Part shown: positions 29,723 to 38,739 of the stretch, piece after piece
Position numbering within the stretch: the stretch's first letter is position 1
Layout: every line of letters begins with the position of its first letter
Source of the DNA: Candidatus Sysuimicrobiota bacterium
GTDB lineage: Bacteria; Sysuimicrobiota; Sysuimicrobiia; Sysuimicrobiales; Sysuimicrobiaceae
NCBI GenBank assembly: GCA_040289515.1
Contig: PSLI01000003.1
Span: 1 to 64,000 of the forward strand
Direction: 5' to 3'
DNA length: 64,000 nt
Position numbers and translations under genes: made by a program
The notes under the pieces: model-generated
What the model was told of the DNA's origin: nothing
Databases searched by the model: none
Seen by the model: the letters and a program-made list of their open reading frames with translations, nothing else

Positions 29723-30844
29723 ATGCGGGTGAGGGTGTCAGCGGAAGTCAAATTGGTCGGTGCGTGGCTGGTCGCCACGCGAACGGTGCTCTGGGGAGTC
29801 GGACTGGTGTCGCGGGAGATCCTGCAGCCGTTCCTGCCGGTTCAGGAGCCAGGCGCGCCATTTACCACCAACCAGGCTCTCGCAGTATGGGGCCACTGGG
29901 ACACGCGTTGGTACCTGGACATCGCTCGCCGGGGGTATTCGGCTGAGCCGATCCCGGAAACAGGCGAGGCGAACTACGCCTTCTTTCCGCTGTATCCACT
30001 GTTGGTGAGGGCGCTCGCGGTGTTCCTGGGGGATGTTTACCTCGCGGGCTTGATCGTGTCCAATGCTTCCCTGCTGGTCGCCGGGATCCTGCTCTACCGT
30101 CTGACGGCATTCGAGGACGACGAAGTGACCGCGCGCCGTGCCGTCAAATACCTGTTTTTGCTTCCTACGGCTTTCGTGTTTTCTGGCGTTCTGTCGGAGT
30201 CGCTGTTCGTGGCTGTGAGCGTGGGTGCGTTCTACGCAACGCGGAGAAACCGGTGGTGGCTAGCGGGGCTGCTGGGAGGGTGCGCTGCCTTGAGCCGCCC
30301 CCAAGGGGTGCTGCTCATTCTCCCACTCGCGTGGCTGTGCTTCGCAGATCGGGACCGGCGACAGCGGTGGTTAGACTACTTGCCCCCGCTGGTTTTGGTG
30401 CCGGCAGGCTTGGCAGGTTGGGTGGCGTACACGTGGAGCCTTACAGGCGATCCCCTGGCCTTCGTAAACGTGCAGCGAGCGTGGCGGAAGGTGCCATCGA
30501 ACCCCGCAGAGGTCCTGGTGCAGGGCCTGCTTGCGCATGCTCCTCAGCTGCGTGTGGGAGCGTGGTTTGGGGCGGTCGCACGGGCGCTCGCGTTTTCTTT
30601 CTGGAGGCTGTTGGGTTTTCCGTACTTCCTGGTCTGCCTTGCCGCTGTGTTGCCAGCCCTGAGCAGCGGATGGACGTCGCTGTACAGCACCCCACGGTAC
30701 GTTGCAAGCGCTTGGCCGCTCGCGATTCTGTTCGCCAAGCTGGGGAGACGGGGAGAGGTGGACGGGGTGGCTGCGGCTTCCTTGGCGCTTCTTCAGGGCT
30801 TTTTGATGGTTTTTTGGAGCAACGGCTCACGCATGGTGATGTGA
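29723..30844 (+). CDS. Mannosyltransferase, PIG-V-like GT-C family
   Basis: WDTRWYLDIARRGY, NYAFFPLYP, SESLF, LSRPQG, PRY. Confidence 0.85.
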   Translation: MRVRVSAEVKLVGAWLVATRTVLWGVGLVSREILQPFLPVQEPGAPFTTNQALAVWGHWDTRWYLDIARRGYSAEPIPETGEANYAFFPLYPLLVRALAVFLGDVYLAGLIVSNASLLVAGILLYRLTAFEDDEVTARRAVKYLFLLPTAFVFSGVLSESLFVAVSVGAFYATRRNRWWLAGLLGGCAALSRPQGVLLILPLAWLCFADRDRRQRWLDYLPPLVLVPAGLAGWVAYTWSLTGDPLAFVNVQRAWRKVPSNPAEVLVQGLLAHAPQLRVGAWFGAVARALAFSFWRLLGFPYFLVCLAAVLPALSSGWTSLYSTPRYVASAWPLAILFAKLGRRGEVDGVAAASLALLQGFLMVFWSNGSRMVM

Positions 30845-32409
30845 GTCTTGCAAGAGGACGGGCTGTGGAGTGCCGGCTGGCGAAGCAGGCGCTGAAAGAG
30901 CGGGGCCGGTGGTACCTGGAACCGGTACCAGGTACCGTCCTGTGGGGGCTGGCGTTGCTGGCCGTCCTGGCGGTAGCCGCAGCAGTCCGCTGGGAGCTGC
31001 TGGCCACCCGCAGCTTGTGGTACGACGAAGGCTACAGCCTGTTTGTGGCCCGTATGGGCGGGCGGCAGATCCTGCAGTTCCTCAAGGCCAACGACGCGCA
31101 CCCCGCAGGCTACTACGTCCTCCTCTCCTTCTGGATTCAGCGCTTCGGCGAGGGGCTTCTGGTTGCTCGGCTGCCGTCCTTCGTATTCGGGGTGGCCGCG
31201 GTGGCTCTCACGTGGTTGGTGGCAAGCCGCCTGCACGGGCCCGCTTCAGCCGCGGTCGCCGCGCTGCTCGTGGCAATTCACCCGTTCCAGGTGATGGCGT
31301 CCAACGAGCTGCGGATGTACTCGCTGCTGACGGTGCTGGTGCTTGCCGCCGTTCTTGCCGCGGTGCGGGCCATCCGGGGAGGGGACAGTTGGGCGCTGCT
31401 GCTGGGCGTGCTGTGGGCTGCGGTGGGGTACACGAGCTACTACGGGCTGCTGGCCGTGGTCGGGATGGCTGCCGCGCTGTGGACGGGCGGCCACCGAAAA
31501 GTCGCGGGCCTCGCGGCGGCTACAGGGCTGGCCCTGTACCTTCCATGGCTCCCGTACCTGGCGGGGTTCTGGCGTGCCAACCCGCAGCTGTGGACGCGGG
31601 AGACGCTGTGGTGGGGGTATCCGGTGGAACTACTCGCCGCGCAGGCCTTCGGAGGGTACTGGCCGGACACGTTCACGTACCACACGTCCTTCCGGGGCTC
31701 CGTGTTCCTGTATGTCCCGCTGCTCGTTCCCTACGGGCTGTTTGCCGCGGCAACGGTGGCACTGGCGGGCCGCGAACGCTCCGAGGGGCTGCGGCTGGTG
31801 CGGTGGACCTGGATGACGGCTTTCGTGGCGATCCTGGGGTTGTCCCTGGCGATGGGCTGGGCCGCTGCTTACCCCCGGCACCTGACTTTCCTGCAGCCGC
31901 TGGCGGCGTGCTGGGTGGCCGTGGGGCTGGTGGAACTCAGCCGGGCGTTGCGGCTGCGGTCCCGGGCGGCGGGGTTGGGGGTGCTGTGGCTTTTGAGCCT
32001 GCAGGGTCCTGCGCTGGTGGCCATGCAATCCGACCCCCGGTACCAAAGCTACCGGTACGACCTGGCGGCCCGGTTCGTGCAGTCGGCCTTCCGCGCCGGG
32101 GACGCGGTGGTGTACGTCCCGGGCGGCACCTCTCTGGCGTTCGAGTACTACTTCCGTCCGCCGGGCCCGCGGGTGGAAGTGCGGATCCAGCCGCGCCCGT
32201 ACCGCCCGGAGGAGTGGCGCCCGCGGTTCGACAGGGGGCTGCGGGCTCTGGTAGGGCAGGTACAGCGGGTGTGGACGGTGACCACGGCGCCCGCGCCCCC
32301 CGCAGCGGAGGCGGCGCTGAAGGAGGCGCTGGGGGCACGGGGCTATCGGGTGGTAGGCGAGCGCGCGTTCCCCGGCCTGAAGGTGAGCCTCGCCGTGCGC
32401 GCGCGCTAG
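30841..32409 (+). CDS. GT-C membrane glycosyltransferase (GT39/PMT_2-like), paralog of 27899..29470
   Basis: SLWYDE, DAHPAGYYVLL, ELRMYSL, RYQSYRYDLAA; GTG overlaps the upstream stop. Confidence 0.85.
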   Translation: MSLARGRAVECRLAKQALKERGRWYLEPVPGTVLWGLALLAVLAVAAAVRWELLATRSLWYDEGYSLFVARMGGRQILQFLKANDAHPAGYYVLLSFWIQRFGEGLLVARLPSFVFGVAAVALTWLVASRLHGPASAAVAALLVAIHPFQVMASNELRMYSLLTVLVLAAVLAAVRAIRGGDSWALLLGVLWAAVGYTSYYGLLAVVGMAAALWTGGHRKVAGLAAATGLALYLPWLPYLAGFWRANPQLWTRETLWWGYPVELLAAQAFGGYWPDTFTYHTSFRGSVFLYVPLLVPYGLFAAATVALAGRERSEGLRLVRWTWMTAFVAILGLSLAMGWAAAYPRHLTFLQPLAACWVAVGLVELSRALRLRSRAAGLGVLWLLSLQGPALVAMQSDPRYQSYRYDLAARFVQSAFRAGDAVVYVPGGTSLAFEYYFRPPGPRVEVRIQPRPYRPEEWRPRFDRGLRALVGQVQRVWTVTTAPAPPAAEAALKEALGARGYRVVGERAFPGLKVSLAVRAR

Positions 32410-32438
32410 GGCCGCCCCAACGGTACCGAGAACCGGAG

Positions 32439-32466
32439 TTGACAAAATGGCTAAACCAACTAGGCT
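32439..32466 (+). promoter_or_regulatory. sigma70 promoter of the decayed antitoxin gene
   Basis: TTGACA-16 bp-TAGGCT, with imperfect TGG..CCA palindromes (TGGCTAAACCA, TGGCGGACCA). Confidence 0.5.
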
Positions 32467-32483
32467 GAAAACTGGCGGACCAA

Positions 32484-32689
32484 GTGGGGAAGATTGTGAA
32501 CGTGCACGGGGAGAAAGCGCGTTTGCCGGGGCGGGGAGGAGATCGTAATCGCCAAGCGCGGGAAGCCCTACGCGAGTGTGGTGCCGGCAGGCGAAGACCG
32601 GGTGCTGCGGAGCTTTCTGCGGTTACGCGTCCCGAACACATTTGTCGGGACCCTTGTCGAGCGAGGAGCTAGATCGTCTAGTCTGGTAG
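32484..32689 (+). pseudogene. Frameshifted Phd/YefM antitoxin pseudogene
   Basis: KIVNVHGEKA in one frame, GEEIVIAKRGKPYASVVP in another, LSSEELDRL* in a third. Confidence 0.75.
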
Positions 32690-32879
32690 CAAACGCATCA
32701 TGGTGGTTGCTCTCGACCACCCCAGAACAGGTCGGTGGTTGTTGTAGAGCTCCGGGTAGCGGTCGAGGGGGGCCTGCAGGCGCGGGAGGCGGGTGAAGAA
32801 CCGGCGGCTACTGTTAACTTAACGCAACAATTCCGAAGCAGTTCAGCCCCAGGCGGGGAGAAACGCGACCCGGGAGGTG

Positions 32880-34238
32880 ATGGCGGTGGACCACAGGCGA
32901 TGGGTGGCGGCGGTCGGGCTGGCGGCGTTCGTGCTGCTGGCGCTGGCTCCGGCGCAGGCCCAGCGAACCGTGACGCTGGTAGCCTGGACCGTTGGGCCGG
33001 ATAACCCGTCGGTGACTCGCTTCACTAACCTGCAGGCGGCGGTCGAGCGCCTGAACAGGGACCTGCAACGAGAGGGGGCGGGGGTTCAGGTCAAGCTGGA
33101 GGGGTTCTTCGATACGACCGAGTGGGACCCGTACCTGCGGCGGGTGCTGCTGGCGTTCCAGAGCGGGAACCCACCCGATCTCGTGCAGGCGTCCCACCCG
33201 CTTACCGCCACCTGGGCGGCCGCGGGATTCATCACGGCCCTCGACGACCTCATTCCCCGGTACCGCCAGTTCGCCGACGTGGTGGAGTCCCTGTGGGACG
33301 CGGTGCGGTATCGGGGAAAGATCTGGGGCATTCCGCAGGACACCGAAGCGCGCCCGCTGTACTTCAACAAGACCCTGCTGAAGCAACTCGGGTGGACCGA
33401 CCACCAGATCGCCTCCCTGCCCGAACGGATCACCAAGGGCGAGTTCACCTGGGAGGACGTGCTGACCACCGCCCGGGAGGCCGTGCAGAAGAAGGTGGTG
33501 GAATCCGGCAAAGGCTACTACCACCGGCCGCGCCCGGGTCCGGACTTCCTTCAGTGGTACCGGTCTTTCGGCGGTCGGGATTTTGACGCCGGCAGCGGCA
33601 AGCTGGTCTTCACTCGGGAAGCGGCGCTGCGGTACTTCCGCTGGCTGCGGGCGGCGGTGGACGCCAGCGTGCTGGAGCGGAACCGCCTCGACGGTGATTG
33701 GAGCCGCTTCCACCAGACCGTCACCGACGGCAAGGTCCTGTTCTTCTCCGGCGGCACGTGGAACTGGGCGGAGTGGGAGCAGCAGTGGGTGGCCGGCAAG
33801 GGCGGCCAGGACTGGCTGTTCGCCAACTTCGGCTTTGCCCCGCACCCGACCTGGCGGCGGGGAGGCCGGCCGATCACCCTGTCCCAGCCCCAGGCCTACA
33901 TGATTTCGGCGGCGTCCAAGAACAAGCCCCTCGCGATGCGCCTGCTGGCCTACACCACGGTGCCGGACCTGGACGCCAAGCATGCCGTGGGCAGCGCGCA
34001 CCTCCCGGTGCTGCGCACCACGGCCCGGTTGATCAGGGACCGCTTCCTCCGGGAAGTGAGCTACCTGCTCACCTACACGACGTTCCAGCCGCCGCATCCG
34101 GACCTACCGCGGTGGCAGGACGCCCTCTTCCGGGGAGTGTCGGCGGTGGAGGCCGGCCAGGTCACACCCGAACAGGCCGTGGACCTGGTGGCAGCTGAGA
34201 TGCAGCGCGCCATCGGGGATAAGGTCGTCATCGAGTAG
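32880..34238 (+). CDS. ABC transporter extracellular solute-binding protein (CUT1, possibly glycerophosphodiester)
   Basis: Signal peptide; WGIPQDTEARPLYFNK; in an operon with a GDPD. Confidence 0.88.
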   Translation: MAVDHRRWVAAVGLAAFVLLALAPAQAQRTVTLVAWTVGPDNPSVTRFTNLQAAVERLNRDLQREGAGVQVKLEGFFDTTEWDPYLRRVLLAFQSGNPPDLVQASHPLTATWAAAGFITALDDLIPRYRQFADVVESLWDAVRYRGKIWGIPQDTEARPLYFNKTLLKQLGWTDHQIASLPERITKGEFTWEDVLTTAREAVQKKVVESGKGYYHRPRPGPDFLQWYRSFGGRDFDAGSGKLVFTREAALRYFRWLRAAVDASVLERNRLDGDWSRFHQTVTDGKVLFFSGGTWNWAEWEQQWVAGKGGQDWLFANFGFAPHPTWRRGGRPITLSQPQAYMISAASKNKPLAMRLLAYTTVPDLDAKHAVGSAHLPVLRTTARLIRDRFLREVSYLLTYTTFQPPHPDLPRWQDALFRGVSAVEAGQVTPEQAVDLVAAEMQRAIGDKVVIE

Positions 34239-34296
34239 AGGGTGCGGCGGGCGCAGGCGGCTGCGCTGCCTGCGCCCGCCCAAGCCTGGCGACGTC

Positions 34297-35277
34297 ATGG
34301 GAGAACCGGAGCGGGTCGCCGGGAGAATGCAGGTACAGGCCCGGCTTGCCAGGGAAGCGACCATCGGGCGGGCCCGGACGTGGGCGCGGCGCCATCTGAC
34401 GCCGGCGGCGTTCCTGGCTCCGGCCACCATCCTGATCGTGCTGTTCTTCCTGGTGCCCGTGGTGGCCACGCTGCTGCTGTCCCTCACCGATATCTCCACC
34501 GTCACCTTCCGCGCCCCCCGGTGGGTGGGGCTGGAGAACTACCGCTACCTCTTCCGGGATCCCTTTCTCCCCAGGATCCTGCTGAACACCGCTCGGTACG
34601 TGGGGCTCACGCTGCTGTTTAACGTGGGGATGGGGCTGACCCTGGCCCTGCTGAGCACGTCCGTACGCCCGGGGTACGGCAATCAGGTCCGCGCCCTGTG
34701 GCTGCTACCCCGCATCATGCCGCCGGTGGTGTACGTGCTGGTGTGGCAGGGTCTCACCCGCGAGGCTCCCTACGGGCTGGTGGGGATCCTTACCGGCAGC
34801 TCGCGCAGCTGGATTACCGAACATCCGTGGACGACCATCGTGCTGGCCAACGGCATGGTGGGGGCGTCTTTCGGGATGCTGATCTTCACCTCGGCGATCC
34901 GCTCGATGTCGCCCGAGTTGTTCTACGCGGCGGCGGTGGATGGCGCCACCACCTGGCAGACGGTCCGACGGGTGGTTCTACCCTTGCTACGCTGGCCGAT
35001 CCTGTTCGTCACGGCCTACCAGACCCTCTCGCTGCTCACCTCCTTTGAGTACATCCTCCTGCTGACCGACGGCGGACCGGGGTTCTTCACCACCACGGTC
35101 TGGTCGCTGCACGCCTACAAGCTGGCCCTGTCCAACTACTACGGCAACGTGCAATTCGGCCTGGGGGCGGCGATGGCCGCGGTTTTGGTGGTGATCGGCG
35201 TGGTGGTCTCTGTTTTGTACCTGCGCATCTTCAACTTCCGGGCGCTGATCGGCGAGCCAAAGATCGAGGTACCGTGA
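34297..35277 (+). CDS. ABC transporter permease
   Basis: WVGLENY, YAAAVDGAT, LLTDGGP. Confidence 0.9.
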   Translation: MGEPERVAGRMQVQARLAREATIGRARTWARRHLTPAAFLAPATILIVLFFLVPVVATLLLSLTDISTVTFRAPRWVGLENYRYLFRDPFLPRILLNTARYVGLTLLFNVGMGLTLALLSTSVRPGYGNQVRALWLLPRIMPPVVYVLVWQGLTREAPYGLVGILTGSSRSWITEHPWTTIVLANGMVGASFGMLIFTSAIRSMSPELFYAAAVDGATTWQTVRRVVLPLLRWPILFVTAYQTLSLLTSFEYILLLTDGGPGFFTTTVWSLHAYKLALSNYYGNVQFGLGAAMAAVLVVIGVVVSVLYLRIFNFRALIGEPKIEVP

Positions 35278-36101
35278 TGCCGCTGCTCCCGCCCCGGTGG
35301 CGCTTGCTCGTGCTGGTGCTGGCCGTGCTGACCCTGCCCATCGTCACCGGGGTGCTGTGGCTGCTGCTCACGGGATGGTTCGACGTGGTCCATGGGTTGC
35401 TGCCCGTCGGCGGGGGGTCGTTGGAGAACTGGCGCTTTCTGTGGACATCGGTGGGCGGCCGGCCCCCCCTGCGGATCCCCTTGATGAACTCCTTGATCTT
35501 CGCCGGCGTGGTGGCGACCCTGGAGGTGGTGATCGCGTCCATGGCCGGCTACGCCATCGCCCGCATGGCGTTTCCCGGGCGCCGGGGATTGCTGGGGCTG
35601 GTTCTGGTCCTGCACGCGTTTCCCGCGGTCAGCCTGCTGATCGCCATCTTCTACATTCTGCGGATTCTCGGGCTGTTTGATACCTTGCTGGGTGTGATCC
35701 TGGTGAAGGTCGCCCTGGAGCTGCCCCTGGGGATCTGGTTGATGAAGGGATTCTTTGACTACCTGTCCTGGGAAATCGAGATGGCGGCGCTGGTGGACGG
35801 CATGTCCCGGTGGGGGGTGTTCTGGAGAATCGCCCTGCCCATGGCCCGGCCAGGCTTGCTAGCCTTGGGCACGTTTGCGCTGCTGTCGGCGTGGGGAGAG
35901 TTCATCTTGCCCTTCACGCTGATCGTCTCCAGCCAACGGTGGACCATGGCCATGTACATGCAGAGCTTCTTGAGTGAGGCGTTCACCGACTTTGGAATGA
36001 TGGCCGCGGTGGGCCTGGTGTATGCGGCGCCGGTCCTGATCCTGTTCGCTCTGGGTCAGCGCTACTTGCTGAACATTTACACGGGAGGCGTGAAAGGGTG
36101 A
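35277..36101 (+). CDS. ABC transporter permease
   Basis: EMAALVDGMS, WGEF, GGVKG C-terminus. Confidence 0.9.
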   Translation: MPLLPPRWRLLVLVLAVLTLPIVTGVLWLLLTGWFDVVHGLLPVGGGSLENWRFLWTSVGGRPPLRIPLMNSLIFAGVVATLEVVIASMAGYAIARMAFPGRRGLLGLVLVLHAFPAVSLLIAIFYILRILGLFDTLLGVILVKVALELPLGIWLMKGFFDYLSWEIEMAALVDGMSRWGVFWRIALPMARPGLLALGTFALLSAWGEFILPFTLIVSSQRWTMAMYMQSFLSEAFTDFGMMAAVGLVYAAPVLILFALGQRYLLNIYTGGVKG

Positions 36102-37144
36102 GGGGAATCCGGGTTCGTCTGGAGCGGCTGAGCAAGCGTTTTGGCCACGTGGTGGCCGTCCAGGCACTGGATCTGGAGGTGGCGCCGGGCGAGTTGCTGG
36201 CGCTCTTGGGACCGTCGGGATGCGGTAAGAGCACCACGTTGCTGATGATCGCCGGTATTTACCAGCCCACCGCCGGTGCCATCTACTTCGGGGAGCGGCG
36301 GGTGGACCACCTTCCCCCCCGGGACCGCGACGTAGGGATGGTCTTCCAATCCTACGCCCTGTATCCCCACCTGACCCTTTTCGAGAACATCGCGTTCCCT
36401 CTGCGGCTGAAGCGGCGTTCTTCCGTTGAGGTCACCAGGGTGGTGCGCCGCACAGCGGAGCTCCTGGGGATCGCGCCGGTGCTAGACCGGTATCCGGCCC
36501 AGGTGTCCGGCGGCCAGCAACAGCGAGCGGCTCTGGCCCGGGCGCTGGTGAAGGAGCCACAGGTGTTGCTGCTGGACGAGCCGTTGTCGAACCTGGATGC
36601 TCAGATCCGGGTGCAAGCCCGGGGAGAGATCCGTCGGCTCCAGCAGGAGCTGGGCATAACCACCATGCTGGTCACCCACGATCAGGCCGAGGCGCTGGCC
36701 ATGGCCGACCGGGTGGCGGTGTTCTCCATGGGCCAACTGCTGCAGGTGGCCACGCCTGACGAACTGTACCGGCGGCCAGCCAACACCTTCGTGGCCCGGT
36801 TTGTCGGCCACCCACCCATGAACGTGTTGGAGGGCACCTTCACCGACGGGCAGTTCGTCGCTGGGTCGCTGCGGTTTCCGCTGCTGGTGGCGGCGCCCCC
36901 GGGCCCGGGATACCTGGGCATCCGTCCCGAGGACGCCCACCTGCGGGGTTCCATCCCTGGCCGTGTCGTGGTGGTGGAGTCTCAGGGGCGCCACGCCCTG
37001 GTGACCGTGGACGTCGGGGGGGTCGAGCTGAAGGTGCTGGTGGATCAGGGCGACCGCCCGGCGGTGGGAGCACAGGTCGGGGTGGGAGTGGAGCCCCCCG
37101 CCGTCCACCTGTTCGACATGTCCGGAGTACGCATCGAACCGTAG
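36098..37144 (+). CDS. ABC transporter ATP-binding protein (UgpC/MalK-like)
   Basis: GPSGCGKST, VSGGQQQR, LLLDEPLSNLD. Confidence 0.95.
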   Translation: MRGIRVRLERLSKRFGHVVAVQALDLEVAPGELLALLGPSGCGKSTTLLMIAGIYQPTAGAIYFGERRVDHLPPRDRDVGMVFQSYALYPHLTLFENIAFPLRLKRRSSVEVTRVVRRTAELLGIAPVLDRYPAQVSGGQQQRAALARALVKEPQVLLLDEPLSNLDAQIRVQARGEIRRLQQELGITTMLVTHDQAEALAMADRVAVFSMGQLLQVATPDELYRRPANTFVARFVGHPPMNVLEGTFTDGQFVAGSLRFPLLVAAPPGPGYLGIRPEDAHLRGSIPGRVVVVESQGRHALVTVDVGGVELKVLVDQGDRPAVGAQVGVGVEPPAVHLFDMSGVRIEP

Positions 37145-37156
37145 GAGGTGGCGGCG

Positions 37157-37506
37157 ATGGGTACGGGGAACGCGGTGCCCAAACGGTACCGTACCGGCTC
37201 AGGTGGCTGCTGGAGGAGAACCTGGACGGGCTGACCCGCACCGAGATCTTCGGTCCCGTGCGGACCCTGGTCCGTGTGTGGACGGTGGGGGAGGCCGTCG
37301 CGGTAGTGGAACGCACCGGCTACAGGCACACGGCCAACGTGGGCATCCAGGTCGGGGGGGCAGCCCTCATGACCTTCTTCTCGTGTGCCGGGTGGGAGGA
37401 GAGCGTCCTTGGCGACCTGCACGGGCAGGAGCGCGGCGCGATGGAGTTCTATACCGAAAAGAAGGTGGCCGTGGAGGCTTGGCCCGAGTCCTGGGCCCGT
37501 CGGTGA
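37157..37506 (+). pseudogene. Small gene frameshifted by a 5-bp duplication; product unclear
   Basis: RBS AGGAGG plus ATG37157; GTACC tandem at 37186-37195; removing one copy joins it to the 37258..37506 frame. Confidence 0.55.
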
Positions 37507-38438
37507 CCGTGGCTCCCGCCCTGCCCGCAAACCTGACGTATGCTGGTCGCCAGGTGACCCTTAAGTACCACAAGCTGCTGTCCGGCCTGGGACGCCACCC
37601 CCCCAACAGCCTCGCAGCGTTACGGGAGGTGCTGGACGGCGGCGCGGCCGCCATCGAGTTCGACATCCAGCCTTTGGCCGACGGCGACTACGCGCTGCTG
37701 CATGATGGCCGCTTGGAGAGCGAGACGACCGGATTCGGAGCCGTGGACAGGACCGTTACCCGTGCGCTGAAGGCGCTACGCCTGCGCGGGTCGGACGAGC
37801 CGCCGACCACCCTGTCCGAGGTCGCGGCGGTCCTGGCGAGCCACCGGGCGCCGCTGAAGGTCCAGGTGGACTGCAAGGAGCAGCGACCATGGTCGGAGGC
37901 GGACGCGCGGCGCCTGCTGAAGGCCCTCGAGCCGATCCGCCGCAACCCCCATCTCCGGGTGGTAGTCGGATGTTTAGCGGACTGGAACCTGCGCCTGTTA
38001 CGCCGCCTGGACCCCACGGTGGTGGTCGGGCTGGATTTCATGCTGTACCTGGACAGCCCGGTGGACGATGCGATCCGGCTCCCCACTCGGGTGAACGCGT
38101 ACGGCTACCTGGATGACCACCCCGTGGGCTACCGCCGCGCCCTGCCGGTGGCCGACTACCTGGCCGACCGGGTGGAGAGCCTCAGCATGATGGTGGCTGG
38201 GGCCGAGGAGTTCTACCTGAGAAAGGAGTTCATCCTCCAGGCGCTCGGGGACGGGTTCAATCCCGTGGTATTCCTGCGGGAGCGCCTGGGCCGGCCGGTG
38301 GTGATCGACGCATGGACGGTAAATGCCCATCACCCCGGCGCCCGGGACGAGCTGGAGGCGGTGCTGCGGGCGGGGGTGGACCAGATCACCACCGACACGG
38401 CCACTGCGCTCGCAGCGCTGGCGGAGGGCCTGGGATGA
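37503..38438 (+). CDS. Glycerophosphodiester phosphodiesterase (GDPD family)
   Basis: HPPNSLAA, IEFDI, LLHD, WTVN, GVDQITTD. Confidence 0.85.
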   Translation: MTVAPALPANLTYAGRQVTLKYHKLLSGLGRHPPNSLAALREVLDGGAAAIEFDIQPLADGDYALLHDGRLESETTGFGAVDRTVTRALKALRLRGSDEPPTTLSEVAAVLASHRAPLKVQVDCKEQRPWSEADARRLLKALEPIRRNPHLRVVVGCLADWNLRLLRRLDPTVVVGLDFMLYLDSPVDDAIRLPTRVNAYGYLDDHPVGYRRALPVADYLADRVESLSMMVAGAEEFYLRKEFILQALGDGFNPVVFLRERLGRPVVIDAWTVNAHHPGARDELEAVLRAGVDQITTDTATALAALAEGLG

Positions 38439-38521
38439 GTCCGTGGCTGACAGCCGGCCGTCGCTTGGTCCTCACTCGCCGCGGTGCCTCAGCTGTCGCG
38501 CCGGAGAACAGCCGGTTGTGA
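38435..38521 (+). pseudogene. 5' stub of a second GDPD
   Basis: MSPWLTAGRRLVLTRRGASAVAPENS* matches the HRGAS..APENT GDPD N-terminus; ATGA overlap with the upstream gene. Confidence 0.7.
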
Positions 38522-38559
38522 ACGCCTTTCTCCCGCCCCACAAAGGCAAAAGCCTCTGC

Positions 38560-38708
38560 GGCTTCGACGGTTTTTGAAGAAGGCCAGCGCCCTGTGCGCG
38601 ATCCAATAGATCCCGGGCCACCTGCGAGATCGGCCGCCCTGAGGTGCGGATCGACTGCGCCGCCTCCTCCGGGAACTGCCGCGGGGAAGGGGGTCTGTTC
38701 CTGGGCAT
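38560..38708 (-). mobile_element. IS3-family transposase orfA remnant
   Basis: MPRNRPPSPRQFPEEAAQSIRTSGRPISQVARDL, then (frameshifted) RALAFFK; internally deleted. Confidence 0.65.
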
Positions 38709-38739
38709 CGTGGATCCCCCCTTGCACCGGGGACGGGCC

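Noticed and set aside
32812..32829. TGTTAACTTAACGCAACA as an operator for the ABC-GDPD operon
   Set aside because: Imperfect symmetry and no cognate regulator in the window; cannot be supported
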